Both the position numbers and the translations under genes were made by a program. From Raillietiella orientalis (taxonomy: Eukaryota), in the NCBI GenBank assembly GCA_036172245.1, contig JAYWIR010000024.1, positions 434,001 through 498,000 on the forward strand: 64,000 bases of DNA, written 5' to 3'. The notes beneath the pieces are model-generated. The model had not been told where the DNA came from. It saw nothing but the letters and a program-made list of their open reading frames with translations, and did no database searches. Shown here one piece after another: positions 38,101 to 51,671 of the stretch. Every line of letters starts with the position of its first letter. Position 1 is the stretch's first letter.

Positions 38101-41100
38101 TTAAACACATGTTTTAACATCCCTTCAGCGCCTGTTTCCGTAGAAACAGCATTTCTTTTCTATCTTCTTTTCTTTACCATATTTTTGCAACGTTCCAGAA
38201 GTTCTCTCCCACAAAAAATGTGCATTTTACTTCTTCTCACTCGTTTCATCGTAACCACTCATTACAATGCCTGAAACTGAAGTCTCTGAACTCCTCCTCC
38301 TTCCCCCCCCCCCTTTCCCCAGATGACCCTTGTAAATACTTACGGGTGCACTGACAGCATACTGGTCAAGGTCCCATTCTGATATAGCCGCCCAACGCTG
38401 CCTTTTTGCGGTGTCAAATAGCTCACAGACGCTTTGCTGGCAAGACCAACTGTTCACCACCACCCTGCACTGCTCATTTCGTCTGGAAATGCAAGCATCC
38501 TTTGGCCATCCGTTGCAGTTCCCGCACAACTTCCTTGCTGGTCTAACAGTCAGTGCATGTCGTTGATGCGGTGAATTCCTGATGTGTCTTCCATATTACC
38601 GCATCTCTCTCTTCCCATCCAATGCACTTGAAAACCGCACTGTTCTCTAACGACAGTTTGCTGCTGAATTCTCTTCGCTGCATGCTTTTTGTTTTGCTTT
38701 GTTTTTCTACCAACATGTTCTTTTAGACCTCCTCTATCTTCTACCTAGGTTCCTAAGCCCTTCCCGATCTTCTGCACTGACGCATTTTATTTGATTCCAT
38801 GTCATCTCGTAGCTATTTTTGTATGATCGTGGAATACATTAAAGATCAATTTGCACGAAGTGTTTTCCAGAACGTTTGGGTAGAAATGCAAGCTTTGTCT
38901 GAAGCTGCATTTTCAACGAGTGATTTCCATGTGATTGAACTCTGCATGTTTTGTTTGCGCCATGCACATCCTGCAAAACTCGAAGTTACATACATACGCA
39001 CGTCTTGCCAGAGATGTTCGTTCTCTCTTTGAAAATTTACCGTAAAGCTTTTATGAAGCACTTCTGATGGATGGTGGATTCGGTCTGATTCGCTGATTCA
39101 CTTTGTCATATTTATCTCGCAAAGCCATCAGGGTTTAACTTTCCGATCGCTAAGGACTGCATCCTTAGATCCAAAGCTTCTTCATAACCCGTACGCTTTC
39201 AGACGAGAATCGACCAAGCGTTTTGCTCTCAGCCCGACGTGTTTATCGTCGGCTGTGTGAGATGCTGATTTCAAAGTCGAGACGATTTTCAAGACGTAAT
39301 CCCATTCTGCCACGTTCTGAAATAATAGAGTTTTGACATTTTTCGGCATCTGTCTCACCCAGCGACGATTTGCATCCCGGTACTTTGATTCTCCGAGAGC
39401 ATCATCCAATGGTGCGAGAACACAGAAAATATGGAATCAAATCTCAAGGATTCGTCCGAAAGGAGAACACGGAAGTTGTCTCCACGTGATAGGATGCTCC
39501 GAACATCTCGAAATTCCATTCCAACATGTGCTCTGCCAAAGGCAAAGTTTCCGTACAGTCCTTTCGGTACTGCTCATGTGTTCATGATAGTGATGAACGT
39601 ACTTGAAATTCTCAAGAAATTCTGCAATACCTGGCCCAGATTAATCGTGTTACTGGACACCAACAAATGATACTGTCACAAGGAAAAGTCAGAGCACAAC
39701 TGTTGTTAAGAATTTAATGTACATTAGCGTTTTTCTGTGCGAAATATAGTACGACCTTGTATAACGCAGGGGATGAGTTCCGCATCACAGGGAATCGTGC
39801 CATACGATCTCTATGGGTTGTACATGAATAATATGAAAGCATTTATAAAATAAATAGAATGTTATAATATCAGAATATTTATTATTTCACTTAAAAACAT
39901 AAAAATTGAAAGCCTAATTTGTTATTCAACTCGGGCTTAAAAAACGGTTTTAGAATTTTGTGGATATATAATCAATTCGAACAACTTTATCGTTTCAGCT
40001 CTTTGATTCTCGTTGTTTAAAACCGTATCTTGCTACACCATTTTATTCACGAAAATTCGAACAGAACAGCGTGCACTCAACCTTCCCAAAGAATGTTTTC
40101 GTGTTTCTTTAAGCAGCTGAAGCGGCACTGTACCACAAAACAAAAATCTGTCCACAGCGTTGTACGAAGTGGGTTCACCGCGTGGGGAGTACCCGCGTTA
40201 TCCTGTGCTGATTAAAACGTCAGAAAATCCCTGGATTACATAGAGCCCTACTCCGAAGTCCGCAAACCTGAAACCAGTGACCACCGAGAACCTACGATTC
40301 CAACTCTGTTTTGTAGCTATTGATTCAACATAATCTCATCAGCACCCTTCTTTGATTTAGTTTATGTCTTCGCATGCTCGTGGATTACAGCTCCAGAGAG
40401 AGTAACTTTGCGAGAGTTTCCGTACTGGAAGAGCAAAGAAGGAATCATCAGTGTGCAGAGCACGAGGTCTAACGATCACACAAGAAAATTTTCACTCCCC
40501 GTGACACGCTTGGGACATCGGAAGGTATGACCAAGGGTGCTTGCAATCAATATAGAACAGATATGTGGGAGTTCACCGACGGTTCGTGAACGTTCATCTT
40601 CTCTCACGTACCACAGCGAAAAGGAAGAAGCGCAATTACTCCAAGTCTCTGGAAACTGCGTCCGTTTCCAAGTAACTTGATTCGAAATTTTTCCCTCATG
40701 CGGACACGTATCTGTGTACGAGAGTGAGCTTGGAACAGTGCCACGAGAAGACAAGATTTTCAAACAAAAAAGAACACGATTGAAACATGCAAATCCTTTG
40801 AAAATCCATATCAGACTTTCCGTGGAACCGATTTTTGTTTTCTCAGACTCCAAGGATGCTTCGATGTCGCAGACAAGTGGTGAACCTATCTTCCTGATCC
40901 GGACTCTTCAAGAGATCAAGTAACGGAGGGATTCTTGTTGTTGTTTACATTTCACATCTGGGGAGACTGCACCACCAGAAGACAAAAAAAACAGGCATCC
41001 CTTTTGTATAGCAGGATGCTAGCCAAGCGGTAAAGTTCAATTGGTGAAGCCGAGTACCAGCCGGAATCTTAGAGGGTTGACTCGCCGCATGATGCGGTTT

Positions 41101-44100
41101 TCAGCAGTCTCGACAGGACTCAACAAGAGATGCCTGCAAGAAACCTGTGCTTGTTCTAGAAAAGGACCTATTCGGATCTTCCGAGCTACACCGTCCTGTT
41201 TATCGACCTTGGATGGAAAACCAGTCGGAAGAGGGCTGGCAGACGGACTCGAAAACTTCAGGCAACTTCTAGAAAAGTGCACGTGGATAGGATCTCTAGG
41301 AATGTTTTGTTGGATAGTCTGCCGATGATGATAGTGTGCGTACAGAGGAGTTCAGAGGATGCTGTCGGAAGATCTGTAGTGTCGCGATTGCAGTTTAACC
41401 CAATTCCAAGTGATCCAAAGTGCTTGGTGGCTTTTGACTGCTTCATTCCACTTTCCTTCCTGGTTTCATTGGGTAGTCGTGGCTTCACCCAGCACTCGGC
41501 TCGTCTCTTGAGAGACGGAAGACATACAGCAGAATGCTATCTCCTCGTCCCCCAAGAGGACATTCGCTCGTTTTCCCCACTCGTGGCTATTACTATTAGA
41601 TGAGCGAAACTGAGTGACCATGCTCTCTGGTTCCTGGAGCTCTTCAAGGACACTGTAAGTATACTGAGAAAAGCGATTCTACGAGGAGGTGATTTGGCAA
41701 GAAAATGAATCCCTATACAGCACAATCTCTCTGAAGGTTCACAAGGAGTGGCTGTTTTCTCCCCAGCAAGCTAATCTTTCAGATTCGATTCGAAGTTCCT
41801 CTGCTCTCCCTCAACGAATCCGACGGAATCTTGATCCACAAGCGAAAAAGGAACAGAAGTTCCGTGCATTTCATTCTAGTAGATGCCCAGTCAGGCACTG
41901 AATGGCTCTTCACGAACCGAAGCTACAAGACTATGCAGCACGGTGCAGGTACACCCAATGATACAGCATCGTGTATAGAATCCTGTTGCTGGACCTTCAG
42001 GGGGTCATCACTGTGCTTTGGGTTGATTCCCAGCTGCGCAATGGTATCTAAAATGTCATCCGCGTTACGTGAAGACGAATATCCCGTGAGATTAAAGGTT
42101 ACGAGAGTAGCAGAGGTGTTTTCCTAAACTTTCAAATCAGGGTAGCAGCAGCAGCAGCAAATACTCGTAACTGATTGTATAGGTCCATGATATAGGGAGA
42201 ACGAGGGGGCAGAAGGTGAGATATCTGAGAAATCTTTAGACTTGAAAAATTAAGAGTCCGAAGAGAGAAATCCAAACTATTCCAGGGTTATTGCCGGAAT
42301 ATGGCGATGACGTCAGGGATCTGTTGCTCGGATCAAGTGCCCAGCAGGTTTGCTGCGTCCCTTTGGTCTCGTTTCGGGATCGTGGGGCGATATGGATAGA
42401 CCCGATCAGCGTTCAGAACAAATGCATGATATGGAATATCGTACTTGCGTGCAGCCTGGAATAGCGAGAGTCATTCGTGTGAATGGATGGCCAGAGCCAC
42501 AGTTCCAAGCTTCCAGGATTTCAGAGAGGACCTCTTCCAAGAAAATGCCATGCCTGCGGGAGAGAATGGTTCTGAGGTCAGACTTTCTACCACAAGCTCT
42601 GCATAGGCTATGGGTAATCTGGAGAGTTCCTGGTCTGACTCCAGGGAGAATTTCCTCTTTCGCAGCGATATCAAATAACCCGTAAGGTATTCCAGAGCTA
42701 GACCAAATGCAATGGTCATTGAGCCCCCGTGCTACGTTCGCCGAAAGGTTTGCGTCCTCCCTGGAGTGTCCTTTTGAGGTAGTTTCTTGATCGAAATCCA
42801 GGCGTGCGGGAAAAGAATTAGGGAAAGGATGGTTTACAATCTTCTCTCCATGGACTTTTTGGATAATCTGGATCTCTTGGATGTCATAATTTGTTGGTTC
42901 CGCTGAGGGGCGGGATAATGATGGTTTCTCATCTGATGGTCCACTTGCGAACTCCGCGGGAGACTTCAGTCGTCCGGGCAATCTTCTGTTCTCATAGATC
43001 TGTCACTTCGGTTTCCCGAGCGATGTGGTCTAGGGGAAAGTTCCATTCGGGTCTTTCGGGAAGGAAGTCGTTGTCAGCATTTGACCCCGGTTCCTCGGAT
43101 GAGGCATCAGCTTTTTAGGTCGCTAGACCCGAAAACCAAATTATCTAAGCAGTCCATGTAAACTTAAACATGAAAACAAGCAACACTTTCCAATGCGAGT
43201 GCCGAACCCGTATGTGTCAATTCCATATTACCCTGGTACTTTGTAGGTCTTGAGCTATCTTGGAAGCTGTCTTCTCTTTCTTACCTTAGCCTTGACGGCC
43301 TAGCACTTTCACCAATTGAGTTGTGGATCGCTGCTTGGAAACGAAGGAGACTCATTGAGAGAAAAAAGTTAGAGCTTTGCGGTATGTAGGAAAGATATGT
43401 TCTACATCTTCCACGACCTTCTCAATACTGAACCCGGATGCCTCGCGACTCGGGAAGCTGATAAACTTCTTGATGCAATGGGAGGCGCTGTTTTGATGAA
43501 CCCGAGTGTCTGAACAATGCGGAGAATCCTCTGGATTGCTTCTTCAGAGAGGTTTCGAACCCACTGTACTCCACACCTCGTGCGAGTGTGCATTCTCAGT
43601 AAGAATGGACAATGAATACTACAAGAGCACTTCAGCTCCATCAAAGGTCATTCGAGTGCGTGATCTGAGTAGTCGCGTGGCTCTGGTTCAGTTCCGCTTC
43701 GAAGAGTGCTGACAGAGGCTGCAGACAAATGCTGATTTGCGTTCTTCGATGAGCTGCATAAAATCTGAACTCCATAATCCTGAGTGATTTGAAGAGCTGA
43801 AATTCAATTCCGATCCTTATTCGATCTTCCAGATGTCTAAAATCACCGTGAATACCTGTAGTAGCTGTCCATGGAGTAACAGGTGTCGCTCTTTTTAATG
43901 ACGATGTCAAATCGATTCCATGTTGTTGCTATGCGATTGAGAGGAATGCGCCGAGTTGTAAGTGTGCGGGAAAAAAATTCCAGCTGCCTAATCAATTCTG
44001 CGAACAATTCCTTCTGTAATAACTTGATTCCTTGTGAAACATGTGCTGAAACACCTCAAGGTGAATAGCACAATCTGAATCTTTTTGCATCCTTCACTAG

Positions 44101-47100
44101 CAGAAAGTTTACCTGATGAAGAGCTCAACCTTAATGCCACTGGTAAGGATAAGCTGCTGCCATTTTCAAGTAAAATTTCTGTAGAACATTTATGTAGAAG
44201 CTTCCTTTTTCTTTGATCAATTCAGCTATTGTGATATTCATTTGGCTCCCCATATGTCTTCAAGAGCGGACAAAAAGGTCAGACGTTGTCAGAGTTTTTC
44301 AGTATTGAAATCTGAAATGCAACGAGTTCATCTTGAATCTCTCTGCAAAGAGGGCATGTTCGACATAATGAACATTTCTGACTCGAGTGATGCAATTGTC
44401 CATCACTGTCGCATGTCCCTGCGTTTCTCAAAACGAAATCAGACTCTGAATCTGGTTATCAAGGGTAAAGTAGATGTAAGGTCATTCCGACTCCTGACAC
44501 ATTCTTTAAATGTTTACCGAACTGGTAAACGATTAAAGAATTCGACCTCACCGGATTTCTTTGAGCTTCGTGGGGAGGGGGGAGGACAATGGTCCACCGA
44601 TCCATTGATGCAAGTGGCTGCTCGGGTGAATCTTACCCATCACACCGGGCCTGCGAATGTGTGAGTGGGAGAACTTAAGCAAGAAAGCGAATCAAGCAGT
44701 TCGTTTGTTTTTAAAATGAGTCTGATGATCCTGACGACGGTTTTGACAGGAAAAAGAATGTACTTTTCTTCTTTCGAAGAATCTGAGTTTCTCCAGCCAT
44801 AGGATCCCCTCCAGAGCCACGATTCAATTGCCGATTCAAGCTCCATGCACCGGGGCGTATTAGTTAATCGTTCGGGACCCACCCTGTTCCCGTTTAGACA
44901 TCAGCTCTGAGATTATCTCAATGTACTTCCCGACACATTCTTCACCTAACGTCCACTGCCGGACGTTTGAGAAATCATAAAGCGGTGGGTTCATCCCTCG
45001 TTCCACTCGTTTAGAGGCTGAAATCTCGCACTTTTCCACATCCACCTTTTCGCTTCCGGATGATGGAGTGAATGAGAAATAATCAAAAACAAACTACCCG
45101 TACCTTGGCCACGTGCATTCTCGGGGCACGTCAAGATTGCTCCAAGTCATGCCCCCGTTAGTCACATCGACCAGAACAGGCCGTTCTTCCTTCCTTCCAA
45201 TTCTTTCACATCTTTCAACTTCTTTGAACATCACCTTCAGATGAAACAAGGCGCCGCGATGAACACTCGTTGAATTCCCAGTTTTGGCAGCGAAATTTTG
45301 CCTCATTTCCTTTGCGGATGGAAAGAGGGAACCTGCGTTTGCAAAAATACGAACCTCGGCTTCGAGAAGACAAAGAGAGGATGGTCTGCGTAAAAGTTGA
45401 GGTGCTTCATTCACTTAATGAAGGTTCTCTCAGATCGCACTGCTATATTCAATGCACTCTGCAGACAGCTGCGTAAGGCACAAATTGCTGGTGCTGATCC
45501 TGCATCTCCTGCTATTCCACAATGCTATTCAATCTCATCTACCGAAAATAACAAACACGGAAGGCTGATCCCCCTGGCAGTCGAGCCAGGCTTGCCACTG
45601 TCGAAATCGGCTAAATGCTATGCTGACTTTTTCGACGAGTTGTGGTCACGAGCACCCCTTTCCAACTTTGAAAGGCACATTTTTCTTGAAGGGTGGAGTG
45701 TCAGAGTGTGCGTCTGCATGATCCATCGGTTTGAAAGCTTCTCGAACGACGGGGTCAGTGTAGCTGACTCAAAGTTATATATGACGAAGTTCCATAAACT
45801 TACAAATAAAGTGCGTGGACATTCCTGCAATATACGTACGGGATTAAGCAAATCGAGAGTGTTCCTAGGGTCCCAGTTCAAATGGTCCTTCCAACTTAAC
45901 AAAACGAATCTTATCAGCTTAATTCTGCTTCTGTGTGGAAAAATTATCATTAAAGTCTTCTGCATACCATTAAAGTAAGGAAATGTTTGCGATGAAAAAG
46001 GATCCAGAAAAAAGAAATTCCAAAAATAGATGTACAAATCACAAAGCACGTTGTAATATTCATCTGATACAAAGCGAAAGCAAAACGCCTGTGTTGTAGA
46101 AGACTTGACATTGTCATGGATATCAAAAGTGCATGATGTGCAGGAGAAATTAAATCACATGAACTGCTGAAGTATGATCCAGCACGATTCCTTAGACAAT
46201 AGCAACAAGGGATAAAATCCGAGTAATCTTGAGAAGCTGGAAACACTTGGCACAGGAATAGAGCTACGTAACGAGAAGGACAAAATCTCACAAGCCAGGT
46301 CTGGAATCCTGACCGTGTAAGGGCCTCGAAGTTTACTCAGTGAAGAATGAACAAAGATGAGCGAATTTTCTTATGCACATGGATGAAGAACAAGAAAATA
46401 GAAAAATACGAGAATTCACGAGAAGGCATCTACTTCGTTTCATTCGTTTCACCTCAAACACCCACTTCCTGGTCATTTACAAATCCTGGTCAAAGTTGCT
46501 GATCAGTGGCAAAAAGGAAGGCAAGAAATGTCGTCACTACACTCACGAAAAGGGACGTGGCCGTCAATTCTGATTTCATTGCAATTTCGACTTGAAGACG
46601 AGATCTCCCGAGAGCGATATGTGCATGTTAATGTACGAATTAATGACTTATTAAGGACCCATTCTCAGACGGATGCGACTGTGCATCTGCCACTGATAAG
46701 AGGTATACAGAATCCAAGCAAAAATTGCGGATTTGTTAACCCTTCATGACAGATGCTCAGAGTATTCTGGGCTTCTATGAGTAAAGAAAGGAAGAAGTAA
46801 ATCAAGACGAGAAGAGCATAAAAGTGGGATGTGGAATCCAGACATGGGGAACGAAAAAAAAAAAACAAAAACGCCTCGCGAGAGAAGCCCAAATTGAACG
46901 AAATCTGGGAGCTGCACTTCATCTTAGAGCAATTCCTGAACCCTGTAAGCAACGGCGCATAGCAGAGTTTGCTATCAAGTTTTGAGAAGCAGGCAGTCAG
47001 AAATTGTGGACTTTGGAGACACACTGTGTATAACGGCGCCCCGAGTTTGCTGACCTCGCTTTTGGGAGACTTCACAAGAGCTGTTTGTTCATGTGGATTT

Positions 47101-50085
47101 GCAAGAAAAGGTTTCAGAAGAAGATGCTTGCTCCATGCCCCTGCTGCGTGGAAAACCAGCTGGGGGGGGGGGGGAGGAAGGACACACAACTTCATGAAAA
47201 GTAGCGATGAAATCATAAAGGTGAGGCTTTGGCATTTGCAAGATTGGAAAACCATCATTCGTGATGATTGGCCATCAATGTCACTTTATGAAACGATCAG
47301 CAGCTAATAAATTCAACAGAATTGGCGACCAAGTCCTTCTCAGCAATTTTCATACAGTCGTCTGTTATATATGTGTTACATTAGTTTTTATTTTAAAATA
47401 AAAGTGCTTTCGTGTTTCGTGTCCAGTGTTGTTTTTTAAGTATAAGCACTAGCCTTTTTTTTTCTTTTTACAAAAAATAACATATGTGAATGCAATACCA
47501 CTAAAATAATATCGACACAACACCAATAAAATACTTTATTTCCCAAAATACTTATGATCTTTCTGTATGATAGAAAATTAGCCTGCAATACAAAAAAAGT
47601 GGCCCATATGACTTTTGTTAGTCAGCTGGTTTGCTCGTGGCACCAAACGAAGGCAAGTGATGAGTGTTACAGATCTCTTTGGGAGAGTAACGAGGTTAAG
47701 CCACAGGCAACATTTTGGTGTTTGATCTACATATTCACACTCGTGTGTAAGCATACGTAATGATTTTATGTGGTCTTCTCAACACGTCGAAAAATTCGAA
47801 CTCTTCAGATGATTCTAAAGAGTGTTTGTTCATTTTTTTTGTTATCTAATCTTATCTCTATCTCACTCTCTATAGACTGGAAACACTGAAAAATCTCAAT
47901 AATTTCAAACTCGGCTTGGTACACATGATTTGGTACATGTGAGCAAAAGGTAGTTTATTGGTGAGTTTTGAAGAGACTTTGCTTCATTTGTTTAATGGCT
48001 GAAAGATAAAATCAAGAATTTTGCTTGTCGTACTTTGCTAGTTCATAAGCAGAATCTGAAAGTTCTTGGTTTCCTAATGGAATATATCAGATGAAGAGCA
48101 ATCTGATAAAGGAAAATCAGATAGTGAACAGCCTGCCATTTCACAATCGCTGCATTAGGAAATGCTGAACCGTATTACCACTATTATGGAGCGCAATTCT
48201 CTCTCAAAAAGAACACCTACGCAGAAAGAAGAATCTCCAAAAAATAATTGGCAGCAATCCTCTGTCATGATAATGATGACTGTTTGCGATTCTAATCGTT
48301 ATACAGTGTTTCCTATACAATCCTGTATCACCAGGTTATCTGATGTTACAAAGTATTTATAAACAAAATTGCATTTTCATAGACAGATTTTACTCCTGTG
48401 TTCACATGAAATCATTAAATAAAAATGCTTTGGAAATCATCAGGAGGTTGATTGATATTAAAAGGATTATACGAAAGATTCACATTATCAGAGAAGGAGT
48501 CTTTTTTTTTTCCTCCCACTCACTTTCGAAGATTTTTTTTTTTTCCCCGAGTGAGGTTCCTCCTTGAATAAGGCGTTCACGAGACTTTGTTTACGGACGA
48601 TCATGCCTAAAAGAAATTTCCAGAAAGCTCAAATGTTGGTTAAAACTGTGCCAGCATTGGCATCAACGTAATAGTCAACATAATACAGACTAACGAGTAA
48701 TACGTATTGGACCGACAAGTAATTGGTAATGTGTTGTTTGAAAAGCACCCTCAACAACGGAGATTTTAAGAGCAATCAGTCAGCGCAAAAATTATGTAAC
48801 CATCGTTGTGTAAGAGGGGAAAATAAAAGCCGACAGGATGGAGAAGGAACCAAATAAAACAAAGAAGAGGATGCAGCAACACGTAATCTACTCGAAAACG
48901 GATTTTATTTCTGGAAAAACACCTTTCAAATTATGGTTCAAGAAAATCAGGGAAACATTGATTCCGCTAGGAGGGACATATGCATGTGATGCTCACATGC
49001 ATTTCAAAACTAAACATTAAATAATGAAGCAGTTAATAAGATTAACGTTATGTAATGAATCCTGATTCATTTTAAATCATGGTCAAGACCTTTGATTTGC
49101 AATCTTCGATTAACTGGTTTGTACTGTACAGGTTTGCTCATATGAAAAATGCAGACACAAATTGTGCGAAATGCTCACATAAGTACAACGTATTTTTTAT
49201 GTGTCTCATATACGATAAAGCCTATGAAACAACTCTGATTGCATTAAACTATTGAGTGTCTTTCCGAAAATGGCGGTTTGAGTTCCAGCTGTAAAACTTT
49301 GAACATTCGCAGATTATTGGGTATTTTTTTTCCCTGTATTTTTTTTTTTTTAATGCTTTTGCAACATTTAGAATTTAAGATAGCCATAGAGTCACGTTGT
49401 TGCTGCTGTTGTGAAACGTAAAAATACTGAAAAAAAAATTTCCGTCCAATCTCCAAGCTTTCCTATTTATCTCTCTAAGATAAAAGGTATTTCGGTTGCA
49501 TTCGAAAAAATTAAGAACAACTTTGAAGATTTCGTGTCCGTCGTAAACAAATGGTTTATTTTCACGGGTGGGAAGGGAGGGGGGGAAAGGATCAGTAGCA
49601 AAAGGAAATCGAACTTATGAGCTTTGCATTTCAAAAGTGAAAGTTTCCAAAAGAATTAATGGTAAAGGGAAATATTGGGCACCATACTTTCAAGAGGTGT
49701 TGCAACAAATCGAAGATAGTACATTTTGGCAAAAAAAAAAAAAAAAAAAAAAGTCTTCTCAGAAACAATGCTGATGAAATGAACTCAGGAGTGAACACTA
49801 AGAACACGAAAATCTCTGCACAAACATGTTATTTAGGGACTCAGCATTTTAGCCTAATTCGAAAAACGAACTTAAGCATCTCAAAATATCATCCTCTTAG
49901 CTATTTCGGAGCATTTAGTAATTTAATGAATATATAATTGTGATGTTTCTGCCACAAGCTTTTTGATTTGTGCTATTGACGTTTCCATCACGTGATGCAT
50001 ACCCCCATTTTCTTATTATCAGCTTCAAACCATTCGAGGAACGGTAGACGGTGCTGGAAACTAGCTAAAGAAGTGTAAAACAACG

Positions 50086-51449
50086 ATGGTGGGACCGATA
50101 TATTCACCATTTTTTGGAGTGATGGGGGCTGCAGCTGCAATGATTTTTAGTGGTAAAGTTTTTTTCCATGATTCCTAAATCAATAATTTCTTGTAAAGCA
50201 ATACTTTTCATTTCATGGAAGCTTTTTTATGCTGCATTACTTATCATTCACCTGTTTCCCAAAAAATCATATGTTTCTGTTCCAGGATTGTTTTTGAAAG
50301 TATTGTGATTTTTTAAAGTGGAATGGACCGCCTTTTGATTATTTTCAATATTTCAATCCGGTAAAAAATGTTGATAATAATTTTTGTTTGAATGTCCACT
50401 GGAATAGTAAACCCCCGATGCATTGCGTTATCGGAAAAGTTGGGTGGACTCAATACGTGATTTTGCATCTGTAATTATTCCAAATTTCGAGTGCATCTCA
50501 CATTTTGAAGTTGATTTTTAATTTCGAAACATTCAAATTGTTTTATTTAAAATTTCATGTGCAATCAGTTTTCTTTCAGTGCCTTAGAGGATGCAATTGT
50601 TATGTAGGATACATATTGCCTTTAGGTTGTTGTGTGTGACCTTACCTTGTATCCAAAAGCATTTTCTTTTGTCTTGTTATGCAAGTGGAGGAAAATATCA
50701 AATAATAAGTCATTTTTTAAGAAACATCAAAATTCACGGTCAGAATTGTGCAGTGTGATTGTATGCATGATGTTTTATGACATCGAGATAATTTTTTTGT
50801 TTGGTAATTTTTCCCATTTCCGAGTCTTGATTCCGCTTCTCATCAATGTCTTCCATCTTGAGTCTGATGTATCGTGTACATATTTTTAATTGTTTAACTC
50901 ATATTCTCCAGCAGCTGCATAATCAATTTTTGTAATGATTTTAGCAATTCTTGTGGTATTGAAAGAATTCTTATGGTATTCATAATCATGATTTCAATTT
51001 TTAGCTTTAGGAGCAGCCTATGGCACTGCTAAATCTGGAACAGGTATTGCTGCTATGTCAGTTATGAAACCAGAACTCATTATGAAGTCAATCATTCCTG
51101 TTATAATGGCTGGAATCATTGCTATATATGGTTTGGTAGTATCCGTTCTCATTACTGGTCAATTAAATGATACCAACTATACTTTATATAGGCAGGTTTA
51201 CTATTCTAAACTTATAATCCCTTATTATCATCTCACTTTAGAGGATTTGTGCATCTTGGTGCTGGACTGGCTGTGGGATTGAGTGGACTAGCAGCAGGTT
51301 TTGCAATTGGTATTGTAGGAGATGCTGGAGTTCGTGGAACAGCACAGCAACCACGCTTATATGTTGGCATGATTTTGATTCTTATTTTTGCTGAAGTTTT
51401 GGGATTGTATGGGCTTATAGTTGCTCTTATGCTCTATGCAAAAGGATGA
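50086..51449 (+). CDS. ATP6V0C: V-type proton ATPase V0 16 kDa proteolipid subunit c
   Basis: Exons 50086-50152, 51005-51191, 51242-51449 (TGA). [39 protein letters not shown]...[19 protein letters not shown]...[35 protein letters not shown]; the proton-carrying Glu is present. Confidence 0.97.
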
Positions 51450-51671
51450 AAAATATTCCCTGTAACCCAATAAACATGCACTTGGCTAACAAATAAACTG
51501 ATCTGTGATTCTAACAATAAGAAATGCCAAGTGTCTTATGTACTAGTCATGACATGTAGTGGCGCCTTGTGTAGCTGTGTACTTGTCACTGCCCCTGTGC
51601 GTATTCTGTAGCTGTCTTCAATAAATTATCCTATATATAATAAATAATAAAGAGCACTTTATTAGCACACA

